Source: a virus
Strand: one strand, 5' to 3'
Length of the DNA: 64,000 nt
IMG/VR virus record: IMGVR_UViG_3300031993_000003
The notes below the pieces were generated by a model. It did no database searches and was not told the DNA's origin. It worked only from the letters and a program-made list of their open reading frames with translations. Positions 45,545 to 55,553 of the stretch are shown one piece after another. Each line of letters begins with the position of its first letter. Position 1 is the first letter of the stretch. Both the position numbers and the translations under genes were made by a program.

Positions 45545-46687
45545 ATGGAAGAGAAATTGCCCAACAAGTGGCTGAACTGCGCGATTCCGGGGGTGGCACT
45601 GACCACCTGCATCGGGTCCGTGTACTGCTGGAGCCAGTTCTCCCGGGAGCTCATGGAGACCTTCGGGACGACCCGGTTCCAGACCGACATCGGCTTCACG
45701 CTCATCATCTTCTTCCTCGGCATGTGCGCAGCCATCTTCGGCAGCACAATCGAGAAGAACCCGAGGACGGGGGCGTGGCTGTCAACGATAGTGTTCATCA
45801 CCGGCTTCCTGATGCTCGGGGTGGCCGTCTATACCAAGTGCCTCCCGGCGTTCTACATAGCGACCGCCGTTATCGGAGCCGGTACCGGTATCGGGTACGT
45901 GACCCCGGTGAAGACCCTGATGGCCTTCTTCGCCGACCACAAGGGTATGGCTTCCGGTCTCGCCATTACCGGGTTCGGACTTGCCAAGTTCGTCGCCTCC
46001 CCGGTAATCGAGTGGCTGCTGGCCACGGTTCCGCTCTACGGGGTGTTCTTCGCACTGGGCGGCATCTACGCGGCCGTAATGGTGGTGTCCTCCCTGCTGC
46101 TCCGGAAGTACCCCAAGATGGAGAAGGAATACGGGAATCCGGACTTCCGGTACTCCCTGGTATTCAAGAGGAAGGAATGGTGGGCCATCTGGTTCATGTT
46201 CATGACGAACATTTCCTGTGGACTTGCCATCATCTCCCAGGAGAAGGGGCTTCTGTTAGGACTGGGAATCGCCTCGGTAGCCGCCATCCTCTCCGGGACG
46301 GCACTGGCGAACTCCGGGGGGCGCATCGGGTTCTCGACCCTGTCCGACCGTATCGGTCGCAAGGCGAGCTACCATTTCGTCTGCTCGTTCGGAATATTGG
46401 GAGCATTGTTCTGTGTCACAGGGAGCCCGGTGCTTACCGTAATCGGTATCCTCCTCTGCGAGGCGGCATACGGCGGAAACTTCAGTGTACTTCCTAGCCT
46501 GTTGGCCAAGCGCTTCGGAATGTCCAGCGCCTCCCGGATTCACTCGATGACTCTGACCGGTTGGAGCGTGGGCGGCATCTTCGGGCCGGTGCTGGCTAAC
46601 ACCTTTACGGGCACCACTCTGTACCTGGTGCTTGCCGTACTCTACTTCATCGCGTTCACCGTGATGGAAATTAACGTGAAGAAGTAG
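45545..46687 (+). CDS. MFS transporter, oxalate:formate antiporter (OFA)-like
   Basis: many TM segments; GSVYxWS, GLAxxGFG, SDRIGR, YGG. Confidence 0.85.
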   Translation: MEEKLPNKWLNCAIPGVALTTCIGSVYCWSQFSRELMETFGTTRFQTDIGFTLIIFFLGMCAAIFGSTIEKNPRTGAWLSTIVFITGFLMLGVAVYTKCLPAFYIATAVIGAGTGIGYVTPVKTLMAFFADHKGMASGLAITGFGLAKFVASPVIEWLLATVPLYGVFFALGGIYAAVMVVSSLLLRKYPKMEKEYGNPDFRYSLVFKRKEWWAIWFMFMTNISCGLAIISQEKGLLLGLGIASVAAILSGTALANSGGRIGFSTLSDRIGRKASYHFVCSFGILGALFCVTGSPVLTVIGILLCEAAYGGNFSVLPSLLAKRFGMSSASRIHSMTLTGWSVGGIFGPVLANTFTGTTLYLVLAVLYFIAFTVMEINVKK

Positions 46688-46752
46688 ATTTCCACTGCAA
46701 AATTTGCTATATTTGGGACGTTAATCGTCCCGTTTCTTTTTAGGAATTGTAG

Positions 46753-47280
46753 ATGTACGAATATATTACCAACCACATCCCTGAGGCAATCGGGATAGGC
46801 TCGTCGGCGGCTTCCGCCGGAGGCTTCTTCCTGGTCCGTTGGCTACTGCGCAGGCGCCGCCGGAACAAGATGCTCAGGAAGTTCGGCGCCAACGACATGC
46901 GGGAACTTGCCATCGAGGCAAGGAACAAGAGGCTTAGGAAGGACCTTACCGATGCCTACCGGTTCGTCAAGAAGGCAATCTACCTGGCAAGCACCGGGAA
47001 TGCCGGGTGCAGGGTCACCGTATGCATATGGAAATGGTGCAAGTACTACTTCAAGCAGTATGACGCGGCCACCTGCAAGGAACTGTTCGTCGACCGGCTG
47101 GTAAACCGGCTTCTCGACGAGGGGTTCGCCGCCGAGTACCTCCCGGTAGGCGAACAGAAGGACTCCGCGGAGCCTTCCCTTAGGATTTCCTGGGGAGAGT
47201 CGAGCGACGACCTGGAGGAAATGGTGGAAGAGGAACTGGAGCAACCGGGAGAAACCGGGAAGGAAGAAGCAACATGGTGA
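46753..47280 (+). CDS. membrane-anchored hypothetical protein
   Basis: N-terminal TM followed by RRRRR. Confidence 0.7.
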   Translation: MYEYITNHIPEAIGIGSSAASAGGFFLVRWLLRRRRRNKMLRKFGANDMRELAIEARNKRLRKDLTDAYRFVKKAIYLASTGNAGCRVTVCIWKWCKYYFKQYDAATCKELFVDRLVNRLLDEGFAAEYLPVGEQKDSAEPSLRISWGESSDDLEEMVEEELEQPGETGKEEATW

Positions 47281-47600
47281 AGTCTATAATGAACGCTGTG
47301 TACGTCGCCATAGGTCTGGCGTTCGCCAGGAAGATTTACGAGAAGGCCTGCAGCGACCCGTACGAGAACCTGCCAAGGAGCCACGGGATATTGAAACAAA
47401 GACCCGGGTTCAGCTATCACGACCTGGACATGATTATGGGCAAGCCAGATGCAGGGAAGAGCATAATCAAGACGATAATGGAAACCAGCCGTAACATCGA
47501 ACATGGGAAGATGGGGGTAGTGCCTATGTTCTCCAGTACGCCGAATACGGATGGGCCGTGGAGGCATTTACTTGGCGTGAAGGACATACTCAAGGGCTAG
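47274..47600 (+). CDS. shared-leader family protein
   Basis: NAVYVAIGLAFARKIYEK. Confidence 0.75.
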   Translation: MVKSIMNAVYVAIGLAFARKIYEKACSDPYENLPRSHGILKQRPGFSYHDLDMIMGKPDAGKSIIKTIMETSRNIEHGKMGVVPMFSSTPNTDGPWRHLLGVKDILKG

Positions 47601-47601
47601 C

Positions 47602-48021
47602 ATGGAACGAGCTGCATACCTGCTCATATTCCTCCATTTCCTGCGCAGGCTGTTCAGGAAGCTGTTATTCCGTGTCCGCCTCCCGGTGAGGAGGTGTCCA
47701 CGCTCCGGCGAGAAGGGATACAGCCGCCTCGTCGTTACCGGTGCGAAATACGACCTATGTGGAAACTTCAGCGTCAGGACGCCTGCACATTTCTACTCCC
47801 GCCGCATGGATGAACGCATAGAGGCGGAACTTACCCGTAGGTTCGGCAATAGCATACGGGAAGCTACCGGTGGTGAATTCGACAAAATAATAGTGTACGA
47901 TGGCAAGCTCGCCCCGAAGGACCTTGAGTTCGACGAGGACGGCAACGGGAAGGGTATACCCAGGGAAATCCGGGGGATACTTGCCTCCGCGAGCGAGGAA
48001 TTCGTTAGACTGATGAGGTAA
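47602..48021 (+). CDS. shared-leader family protein
   Basis: MERAAYLLIFLHFLRRLFRKLL. Confidence 0.8.
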   Translation: MERAAYLLIFLHFLRRLFRKLLFRVRLPVRRCPRSGEKGYSRLVVTGAKYDLCGNFSVRTPAHFYSRRMDERIEAELTRRFGNSIREATGGEFDKIIVYDGKLAPKDLEFDEDGNGKGIPREIRGILASASEEFVRLMR

Positions 48022-48022
48022 T

Positions 48023-49144
48023 ATGTACGAGGAAAAAATAAGCCTTGAAGAAATCATAAACCCGGAACATTTCCCTAATAGTTTCCTTAGGCGTAAGGGA
48101 CGAGAATGCCTGCTGACTGCAGTTTCCGGAATAGGATACATGCCGTTGGCGAAGCTTGTCAGTGTAGGCATACGGTTCTACGGCGTGGCATTATATCATG
48201 CACTCGATGAATACTACCTTTCCTGCCGGTACCAGCTCCCGGAGAAGCACGCGCTGTACCGGGAGAGGAACCGGGAGGTAGAGGTAGCCAGGATATATTC
48301 GGAAAAGTCGACGGCAGCAACGAAGTATGCCATACAAGGGGTGAATCTCGACTTTGATAGCATCAGTGAGCCGATACTGCCGGAATATTGTCTTAAGCCG
48401 TGCAAGTGGCTAACATACAGCTTTACTGACTCGTTCGAGACGGTACTCAAGGGACTCGACTATTTCCATGTTTCCGTGCCGAGAATTGTACGAAGCCTTA
48501 ATACGCTCGCTGACCAGTGCATACTGAAATACCTGCATGTTGACAAAGGACCGGGTTACAAGGGAATTGATGGCATCGTTCAGAACTATCTGCGCCGAGT
48601 CAGGATGAAGTACCCGGATTCCATCGCGGTCAGGGTGCGCCTGATGGACAAGTACGTATATGCATACGTCGACAAACTGGGATTCACAATGTATCTGGTA
48701 AAAGGCAGGCCGGGCATAACCATTTCCAGTGTTGATATGTCCGCACGACTGCTTCCGCATGATTGCGACATGATTCGCAGGTTCATGGAGTTCTGTCGAC
48801 TGGCCCCGGGAATAGAGCACATGAACAATGCCGCCCGCGATGCCCTGTTCGATGCGTTTGTCGGCTGGGGAATAACCGTGAATGTGGACGAGCGGATGAA
48901 CGAGCACGGCGAGATGAACCACGTGAAGTTCGAAGGCAATGCATCGCAGGAAATGACACTGCACAACGACGAGCATCTCTACCGGTGGACCCTGGAAGAT
49001 GCCTGTACCGGCCGGTGGTCCCGTGTTGCTTACGGGAAGAGGAACGGGAGACCCCGGGAGTTTCCGGGAGACAAGACGCTGTTCCTGAACGACGCCACGC
49101 ATGACCTGATTCACGACGTCTGTCACCGTATAATGACCGAGTAA
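48023..49144 (+). CDS. hypothetical protein
   Basis: 373-aa ORF. Confidence 0.75.
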   Translation: MYEEKISLEEIINPEHFPNSFLRRKGRECLLTAVSGIGYMPLAKLVSVGIRFYGVALYHALDEYYLSCRYQLPEKHALYRERNREVEVARIYSEKSTAATKYAIQGVNLDFDSISEPILPEYCLKPCKWLTYSFTDSFETVLKGLDYFHVSVPRIVRSLNTLADQCILKYLHVDKGPGYKGIDGIVQNYLRRVRMKYPDSIAVRVRLMDKYVYAYVDKLGFTMYLVKGRPGITISSVDMSARLLPHDCDMIRRFMEFCRLAPGIEHMNNAARDALFDAFVGWGITVNVDERMNEHGEMNHVKFEGNASQEMTLHNDEHLYRWTLEDACTGRWSRVAYGKRNGRPREFPGDKTLFLNDATHDLIHDVCHRIMTE

Positions 49145-49159
49145 GAATTGGCTACTACG

Positions 49160-49192
49160 GAAAAGGACCGGGAAAGTTCCCGGTCCTTTTTT
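49160..49192. terminator. bidirectional intrinsic terminator
   Basis: AAAAGGACCGGGAA-AG-TTCCCGGTCCTTTTTT between convergent genes. Confidence 0.8.
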
Positions 49193-49211
49193 GGTCTATC
49201 ATGAAGAATTG

Positions 49212-50396
49212 CTAGGAGCATGCCTGCTTGATGGCAGTGCGGATTACCTTCTTGCGGACAATCCAGAGCATCATGCGGAGTGCCAGCGTATCCTCGGCCG
49301 GACGGTACGGCCAGCGGGTGTTTGCGGCTTCCCAGTCGTTGGAGTTCTCCACAAGCCTGCCGAGGTTCTCCGGGTGCAGAGTGGTAAGCTCGTCGGAAAG
49401 CAGTATGCAAATCCGGTCAATGAGCAGGTATCTAGTTCCGACGAACTCTGAAACCAGCCCGTGCCTTACTTTGTCGAAGTCCGGGCCGTGCTTTACGAGG
49501 TGCGACACGAATTCGGCCACGTTACGGATTGCCTTGGCGAGACCGGGCAGACGGTCCTGGATGAAAGCCCACCTGGCTCCCGGAGAATGCGGGTGTGCCA
49601 GCTCGTACAGTTCGTCGGTCAGTTCCGTCTTCGGCGTGCTCCCGTGGGTCATCAGTCCGAGGCGGTAGTACCCGTTGAGTGCTAGGATTGCGTTAGGGAG
49701 GTCCTTGTCGCACTTCATGAGGGACCTTGCCCATTCCTTGTCGATATTGCTCCAGGAACGGTCGGAATTGCAGATATCGACGTACTTCTGTGTGAACGTG
49801 AAGGCCTTGGCGTAGTTCTTGAGTTCCTTGTAGGTGTTCTTGTAGAGGAAGCGTTTCGCGAGGGACTCGTGCTGCCAGGCGAGGACGTGTCCGGCGGCAC
49901 GCCCGTAGTACCTGCGGACCTTGTCGAGTACCCTGTCGGTCACGTAGGACAGTGCTCCAGGCGCATTGTCGTTGTCGAGCACGGTCTTGAACGGGAGGTA
50001 CTTCTCCTTGTGCTCGATTTTCCATATGAGTTCCCGTACCTTAGCGGCAATCTCGCTTTCGCATTTAGGGTCCTCGTTCACCGAGTATTTCTTGAGGAGG
50101 ATATGCGTGGGGTCTACCGGGACCGCTTGAATATTCGGTTTATCCTGTGAGGGGGCATATTCCCATATTACTCGCGCATCGAACCCAACAGATGGATTCT
50201 CCAGTGCCCCGAGTTTGTTTGCCCATGCAGCAGCTTTAAGCGCCATATCCCTAGTAGGATAACGTTCGGCGTAATTTAAGTCATCGGTAAAGGTCTTGAT
50301 GTCCTTTCCGGCACCGAGAAGACTGAGCCTGGAGGCGACGTAAGAGCGTTTTCCCTCTCGGGTGATGCGAACCAGGTAAGTATATTGATTTGCCAT
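49212..50396 (-). CDS. hypothetical protein
   Basis: start MANQY after promoter and AAGGA. Confidence 0.75.
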   Translation of the reverse strand: MANQYTYLVRITREGKRSYVASRLSLLGAGKDIKTFTDDLNYAERYPTRDMALKAAAWANKLGALENPSVGFDARVIWEYAPSQDKPNIQAVPVDPTHILLKKYSVNEDPKCESEIAAKVRELIWKIEHKEKYLPFKTVLDNDNAPGALSYVTDRVLDKVRRYYGRAAGHVLAWQHESLAKRFLYKNTYKELKNYAKAFTFTQKYVDICNSDRSWSNIDKEWARSLMKCDKDLPNAILALNGYYRLGLMTHGSTPKTELTDELYELAHPHSPGARWAFIQDRLPGLAKAIRNVAEFVSHLVKHGPDFDKVRHGLVSEFVGTRYLLIDRICILLSDELTTLHPENLGRLVENSNDWEAANTRWPYRPAEDTLALRMMLWIVRKKVIRTAIKQACS

Positions 50397-50450
50397 ATGG
50401 TATTCCTTTTTTCTCCCAAATATAGCAAAAAATACGATAAACTGTAGAAC

Positions 50451-51620
50451 ATGAGCGCGAAATCCGTCATAGAGGCAGCTTCCGGTGCCTACCGGTGCAT
50501 TTTCGGGGAGGAAATGCCGGATTCCCTGGTGGAGGGGATATCCGCCGACAGCCGCTGCACCTACTGCCACGAGTACTATACCGGGGATGCCCGGGAGCTT
50601 TGCCACGCGGCGAAGGACGGAGATATCGATGCAATCATGCGGATGGCACGGGAGATGTGCCGCTACGTGTCCCCCGAAGACATACTGGTGCCCGTACCGT
50701 CCCATACCGGACGCGCCACGATGACGCTGGAACTAGCCAAGCAGATTGCGTGGAACTCCGGAGCCCGCGTCGAGGACGTACTCGTGGGAAGCTCCCGGAA
50801 GTCCCTGTACGAGCTCAAGAAGGAAGGTGTGGAAGTTCCCGAGGGATTCTTCGGTCTGCGACTCGTCCGCCCAGTGGAAGGAAGGATATGGCTGGTGGAC
50901 AACGTGGTGGCCACCGGGAGCACCGCCCGGGAGGCACTGAAGCTGCTGCCGGGTGCACACGTGCTGGCATACGCGATGGACACCGGGAAGTACCGGACGA
51001 TGACCGAGTCCTACACGGACGACATCGCTGCAGTGGCCAGGCGGATAAAGGGAGGCGAGGAACCGAACTTCACCCACCACCGGTACATGCTCAACAAGTG
51101 GATGGTACACTACTCGCCCGATGCCTATACCGTGGCACAGGACGGTTTCAGGTACGCGAGGCATCCGGGGGACGAAATGTCCGTCTCCCTGGAGACTGAC
51201 CCGGAATCGCCGGACTACCTGAAGAACGTGGGCATAGACGGGAACATCGTCTTCGCCTTCCCGATGGCCGACGAATTCGACGACCCGCACTACGTGGCCT
51301 ATGACGGTAGCCCGAGCTGCACCGGCAGGGGCGCCGCCGTGTTCGTCGGTTCCGGCGAGTACGTCAACAGCGCGTTCGAACAGGAGGACCAGGTCATCGT
51401 CGACAAGCGAACCGTCCATGGAGCCCTCTATGTCAACGAGAGGGGCGACGTGTTCGGCTCCCCGAGACGACCGGGTGACTCCGGGAGGATACGCCGGGGG
51501 CTACCGGGAGATACGTACAAGGAAGGGTTCCGCTGGATTGCGGACAACCAGGAAAAGGCTATCGACCGTATGTTCCAGTGGGACAACCTGGGGACTGTAC
51601 CGTCGGTAAACCCGATATAG
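50451..51620 (+). CDS. ComF-like phosphoribosyltransferase domain fused to an unknown domain
   Basis: LVPVPS and LVDNVVATGST (PRPP-binding-like). Confidence 0.7.
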   Translation: MSAKSVIEAASGAYRCIFGEEMPDSLVEGISADSRCTYCHEYYTGDARELCHAAKDGDIDAIMRMAREMCRYVSPEDILVPVPSHTGRATMTLELAKQIAWNSGARVEDVLVGSSRKSLYELKKEGVEVPEGFFGLRLVRPVEGRIWLVDNVVATGSTAREALKLLPGAHVLAYAMDTGKYRTMTESYTDDIAAVARRIKGGEEPNFTHHRYMLNKWMVHYSPDAYTVAQDGFRYARHPGDEMSVSLETDPESPDYLKNVGIDGNIVFAFPMADEFDDPHYVAYDGSPSCTGRGAAVFVGSGEYVNSAFEQEDQVIVDKRTVHGALYVNERGDVFGSPRRPGDSGRIRRGLPGDTYKEGFRWIADNQEKAIDRMFQWDNLGTVPSVNPI

Positions 51621-51645
51621 AAATTATGATGCACAAGGAGAAACG

Positions 51646-52293
51646 ATGAGCATCTACGTGGTAGGTTCCAGCAGGAACAAGTTCCTACCGCTGGACGACA
51701 TCAGGACCAAGTTCCTGGTGGACCAGAAGCATGACGGCCCGAACATCGACGGGCTCAACCCGATGTTCTGCGAGCTGACCGGGCTGTTCTACATGTGGAA
51801 GAACTGCAATGACGACATAGTTGGCCTGGAGCACTACCGGAGGTACCTGTCAGTCGACGGGAGGACACCGGTAGGAAGGAAGAAGATTGAGGAACTGCTA
51901 GACAATTCGGACGTGCTTACCATCGACATAGAATACCGCAACAGACCGATAATGAGCTACTTCTGGATGTCCAAGCCGGACCTGGCACCCATATTCAAGG
52001 ACTACGTCACCCACCTGGGCGCCGTAATAGACCCGAAGTATGCCAGGCACTGCGAGGACTACCTCAACGGGCACCACCATGTGCTTGGCAACATGTTCAT
52101 TTCCCGTAGGGAACTCATGGACGAGTACTGCAAGTACCTGTTCGGGACCCTGATGAGCTTCAATGCCTTCCGGATGCATACCGGGAGGCCGGTACTCCCG
52201 CGCATGTTCGGGTACTTCTCCGAGTTCCTTTTCGGATGCTACCTGGAATGGTCCGGGAGGCGCCGGCATGACCTGCGCCTGCTGATGATTTAA
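51646..52293 (+). CDS. DUF4422 glycosyltransferase-like protein
   Basis: NPMFCELTG...WKN...VGLEHYRR. Confidence 0.8.
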   Translation: MSIYVVGSSRNKFLPLDDIRTKFLVDQKHDGPNIDGLNPMFCELTGLFYMWKNCNDDIVGLEHYRRYLSVDGRTPVGRKKIEELLDNSDVLTIDIEYRNRPIMSYFWMSKPDLAPIFKDYVTHLGAVIDPKYARHCEDYLNGHHHVLGNMFISRRELMDEYCKYLFGTLMSFNAFRMHTGRPVLPRMFGYFSEFLFGCYLEWSGRRRHDLRLLMI

Positions 52294-52320
52294 TCGACAA
52301 CGTCGACCGAGGCTGGACTA

Positions 52321-52614
52321 CTAGTCATCGAATAGGTCAGGCTGGTCCATCTCACCGCCGTACACCCAGCAGTTATACAGGATGGACTTCACGCATCCCC
52401 ACTGGGCTCCGGTACCGCCCTCGGTATCGCACTCGCAGGACACCTTCCACATTCTCTTGCGGGCATAGTGGTCTGGATTTTCCGGCTTTACCTCGTCGAT
52501 TTACTTCTCGAGATAGTCCATTATCTTCTCGGCCCATGTGAAACAGTAACGGCCATAGCCGTCCTTGTTCTTGGCCTTCCATTCTTCGTATTTTTGCTTG
52601 TCCTTCAGTTTCAT
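52321..52614 (-). pseudogene. 97-codon gene interrupted by one in-frame TAA (52501-52503)
   Basis: SD AAGGAG; reading frame continues after the stop to 52321. Confidence 0.55.
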
Positions 52615-52626
52615 GGTATGTTCTCC

Positions 52627-52947
52627 TTATTGGTTGAGTGGTATCTGTTTCAGAATTTCCCGTACCTTCCCGGCAGGCTCCCTGCACTTGTCGTCGTGGT
52701 ACAGGTAACCATCGTATCCGACACTAAGTAGCTCGGCAAGTGCAACCGAGAGCATTACGGGGTCTTCCGGGAGGCGGAGGGCGTCTTTTCCCCATGCGGC
52801 ATATAGCTGATGTTTCGCATCATGCTTGACAGCGGAATTTACGGCGGTTTCGTGCCCGGTCGTATTCCGGGCATTCCTGGACTTCAATGCCGAGATTCGC
52901 CGGGATATGGCTATTCGGTTGAGTACATTGCTGTGTTTCATTGGCAT
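52627..52947 (-). CDS. hypothetical protein
   Basis: 106-aa ORF. Confidence 0.65.
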   Translation of the reverse strand: MPMKHSNVLNRIAISRRISALKSRNARNTTGHETAVNSAVKHDAKHQLYAAWGKDALRLPEDPVMLSVALAELLSVGYDGYLYHDDKCREPAGKVREILKQIPLNQ

Positions 52948-52970
52948 TTTTATTCCTATGAAAAATTAAA

Positions 52971-53195
52971 CTAGGCTCCAGAAGTTTTCTTTCCAAATGC
53001 CATCCTGAGTGGCAGGTTGACGTCCAGTAGCCTATTGTTGAGGTTCCAAGTAATGCGCTCGTACTTCCGTTCCTTCTTGCTGCGGAACTTCTTCCGGAGC
53101 ATCACGTTGTGCACGTGGTTATACCGGTGGTCGATGTAGTGGTAGCCTAGCCAGCAGTCTCCCTGCTTGTATTTGGGGGACTTGCTGAAAATCAT
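52971..53195 (-). CDS. small basic protein
   Basis: ATGA coupling. Confidence 0.6.
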   Translation of the reverse strand: MIFSKSPKYKQGDCWLGYHYIDHRYNHVHNVMLRKKFRSKKERKYERITWNLNNRLLDVNLPLRMAFGKKTSGA

Positions 53196-53803
53196 GCGGT
53201 TACCGTTCTGCCGACGCTGACAGTGTTCACGATTTCATGTATCTGGATATCCGTACAGTCATTCTTCTTCAGGATATCAACCCTATCGAGTGCCTCGCTA
53301 AACAACTGATAATGTGTGGCTTCGGACAATCGCGTACTGAAATTGCCATATGCGCCTTCAGCGAAGAACCACCTGGTGCCACCAGGGTAGTTGATAGCAC
53401 TGATTGCATACTCCGTAGTAGTAACGGTCTGGCCGGTTATATCGATTATAGCCTTTCCGGTGATTACTGTTTTCTCCATATCGTCCTCGCTTCCAATGAT
53501 TGGTTTCCAGCCCGTTGATTTTAGTGTAGGCTGTTGCCCTAGAAGTGTAGCATGCACTTCGAACGTCACCACGTTGATTGTACCTGGGCAGTACTTATCC
53601 AGTACATGATGTTCTTGTAGATAGGTACGGTACTTTACCGCAGCGCCATATGTGCCAAACCACTTTGCGTTAAGCGGGTCGGTAACGATGGACTTGTCAT
53701 CTCGAACGTATACAATCTCGGTATTCTCGAAATTCTTCGGCCGTAGAAACTGTACCACGTGGATATATTTCTGGCCCTGGTATGGTGCGTTATCTACGCT
53801 CAT
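53192..53803 (-). CDS. hypothetical protein
   Basis: ATGA coupling. Confidence 0.7.
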   Translation of the reverse strand: MSVDNAPYQGQKYIHVVQFLRPKNFENTEIVYVRDDKSIVTDPLNAKWFGTYGAAVKYRTYLQEHHVLDKYCPGTINVVTFEVHATLLGQQPTLKSTGWKPIIGSEDDMEKTVITGKAIIDITGQTVTTTEYAISAINYPGGTRWFFAEGAYGNFSTRLSEATHYQLFSEALDRVDILKKNDCTDIQIHEIVNTVSVGRTVTA

Positions 53804-54159
53804 GTCGATACGTCCCCGGATACTGTAGTGACATGTCCTTTTATGTCTCCGCACACCTCAACGTCTCCGGAAACTGTCTCCACGTCTCCAGTTACATCAT
53901 GCCCGATGCGTACAACTCCCGAAGTGGTGTTGACTGACCTGGCGTTCCCGGTTATGTTAACCTCGCCGGACGCGGTATCAACGGTATCCACGTTTCCTGC
54001 AATCGATATGGTAACGTTCTTGTCGTCGCATTCAACTTCATTACCGTCGATGATAACCTTGTTGTTCTTGATGCTAACCGTGGACCCGGTATAGGTCTTT
54101 CCGTTGATGGTCACCGTATTTCCTACGATTCCCTTGATGATGGTATTCAGGATGCTCAT
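53800..54159 (-). CDS. beta-helix/solenoid phage protein (GxVxTxSG repeats)
   Basis: repeated SGDV/TVSG. Confidence 0.75.
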   Translation of the reverse strand: MSILNTIIKGIVGNTVTINGKTYTGSTVSIKNNKVIIDGNEVECDDKNVTISIAGNVDTVDTASGEVNITGNARSVNTTSGVVRIGHDVTGDVETVSGDVEVCGDIKGHVTTVSGDVST

Positions 54160-54851
54160 TTGTTCTCCTTAACTATCTCGCCCGGGGTATTCTTTTCCTC
54201 GTCAGGCATAGGCCATCTCCCCTTCATTATCGGGGTGCAGCGCCTATTGACGTCCCTGTGCCATTTCAGCAAAATTTCGTCATAATCAGTTGAGCGGACT
54301 ATGTCAAGTAGAGTGGAATCGTCCCAGAACTTCATGTAGAACCATTCCTCCCGGGAGGTAACCGGTTTCGGCTCGTCCGCCTTGCACACGGTGTCGAACT
54401 TAATCGGTTTCGGGCCGGGGATGGCTGCTATCGCGCCAAGTGCCATGCTATATATAAAGGAGACACCATCGTCCTTGAACCATACGTCTTTCATGTATAG
54501 AATATTCTTGTCTCGGTCAACCAGCTTTACCGTTATGCTGGGCTCGTGCGAGTATACCCCGAAGTTGAGTACATTGACCATTACGTCAAGTTCGTACTTG
54601 CCTCCTACGGTAAACCCGGATGTCCACTGGAATGTTGCATGGTCTCTGGTATGCTCCATCGCACCGGTATATACCTCGCCTAACTGAAGCCACTTGCCGC
54701 CATGCTCGGTAGAATGCAGATTGCCCTTCTCCAGGCGTTTCCTGATTTCCAGCACTGCATCGTGCAATGTTTCCTGAACCGCCATGTTGAATATGTCAGG
54801 GTCGACGTCCTTGTTGTCCACTATAAGCTTGAGTGCCCTTTCCAGTTCCAT
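54156..54851 (-). CDS. hypothetical protein
   Basis: follows promoter motif. Confidence 0.75.
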   Translation of the reverse strand: MELERALKLIVDNKDVDPDIFNMAVQETLHDAVLEIRKRLEKGNLHSTEHGGKWLQLGEVYTGAMEHTRDHATFQWTSGFTVGGKYELDVMVNVLNFGVYSHEPSITVKLVDRDKNILYMKDVWFKDDGVSFIYSMALGAIAAIPGPKPIKFDTVCKADEPKPVTSREEWFYMKFWDDSTLLDIVRSTDYDEILLKWHRDVNRRCTPIMKGRWPMPDEEKNTPGEIVKENK

Positions 54852-54925
54852 ATAATCCTCGCTCTTTCAACCAAATATAGCAAATTTCCATAGAACTGAT
54901 GTAGTTTGCCTATCAGGAGGCAATC

Positions 54926-55291
54926 ATGGCACATTTTGAAATTATGGAAGAACCTACCGGTAGCATCCCGGATGCCCAGGACATGGTCCGTGCGCTGACC
55001 GACGAACTCCGCTATTCGAGGTTGTCCATGATGCAGGACATCTATAACCGGCATTCCGGCGAAGTCATCTCCCGGGACCTGCTGGACGGAATAACGGCAG
55101 AAATCGAGGATACTCTCAGCAGGCAGCTGATGATGCCAAACGACTGCGACATGCACATGGCTGTCCAGTGCTTCGTCGCCCGTGCCATGTCCAGCCGACT
55201 GCAGAACCCGGACTGGCTATACGAATACATGGACGTGGAGCACGAACAGGCGCTGGTAGGGCTGCTTGGGGAGCTACCGGTAGCTATCTAG
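54926..55291 (+). CDS. hypothetical protein
   Basis: SD AGGAGG. Confidence 0.7.
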   Translation: MAHFEIMEEPTGSIPDAQDMVRALTDELRYSRLSMMQDIYNRHSGEVISRDLLDGITAEIEDTLSRQLMMPNDCDMHMAVQCFVARAMSSRLQNPDWLYEYMDVEHEQALVGLLGELPVAI

Positions 55292-55553
55292 GAAGTTCAA
55301 CGTGGATTGGGATGTCCTGCTTCCCGATTGCTATCTCCCGGATTTTATGGCGTTCATCCATGGTAAGCTCCGGGACGAACCGGGAGGTCAGATAGGACCT
55401 GCCTGTCCTGATGCAGTCAAGGAATAGACTGTAGTCGTTCCTGAGTTCACAAAGGAACTCCCGGTCGGTACCGAGGAACCTCCGCATCACTTCCCGGGGG
55501 ACCTTGATTCGCCACGGTTCGGCAGGGATAAGGTCGTCGATGAAATAGCTCAT
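55284..55553 (-). CDS. hypothetical protein
   Basis: coupled ORF. Confidence 0.65.
   Translation of the reverse strand: MSYFIDDLIPAEPWRIKVPREVMRRFLGTDREFLCELRNDYSLFLDCIRTGRSYLTSRFVPELTMDERHKIREIAIGKQDIPIHVELPR

Noticed and set aside
24998-48021. Shared leader as Sec, Tat, lipoprotein or prepilin signal
   Set aside because: The basic cluster follows rather than precedes a short hydrophobic core; there is no AxA, lipobox, S/TRRxFLK or GFxxxE motif.
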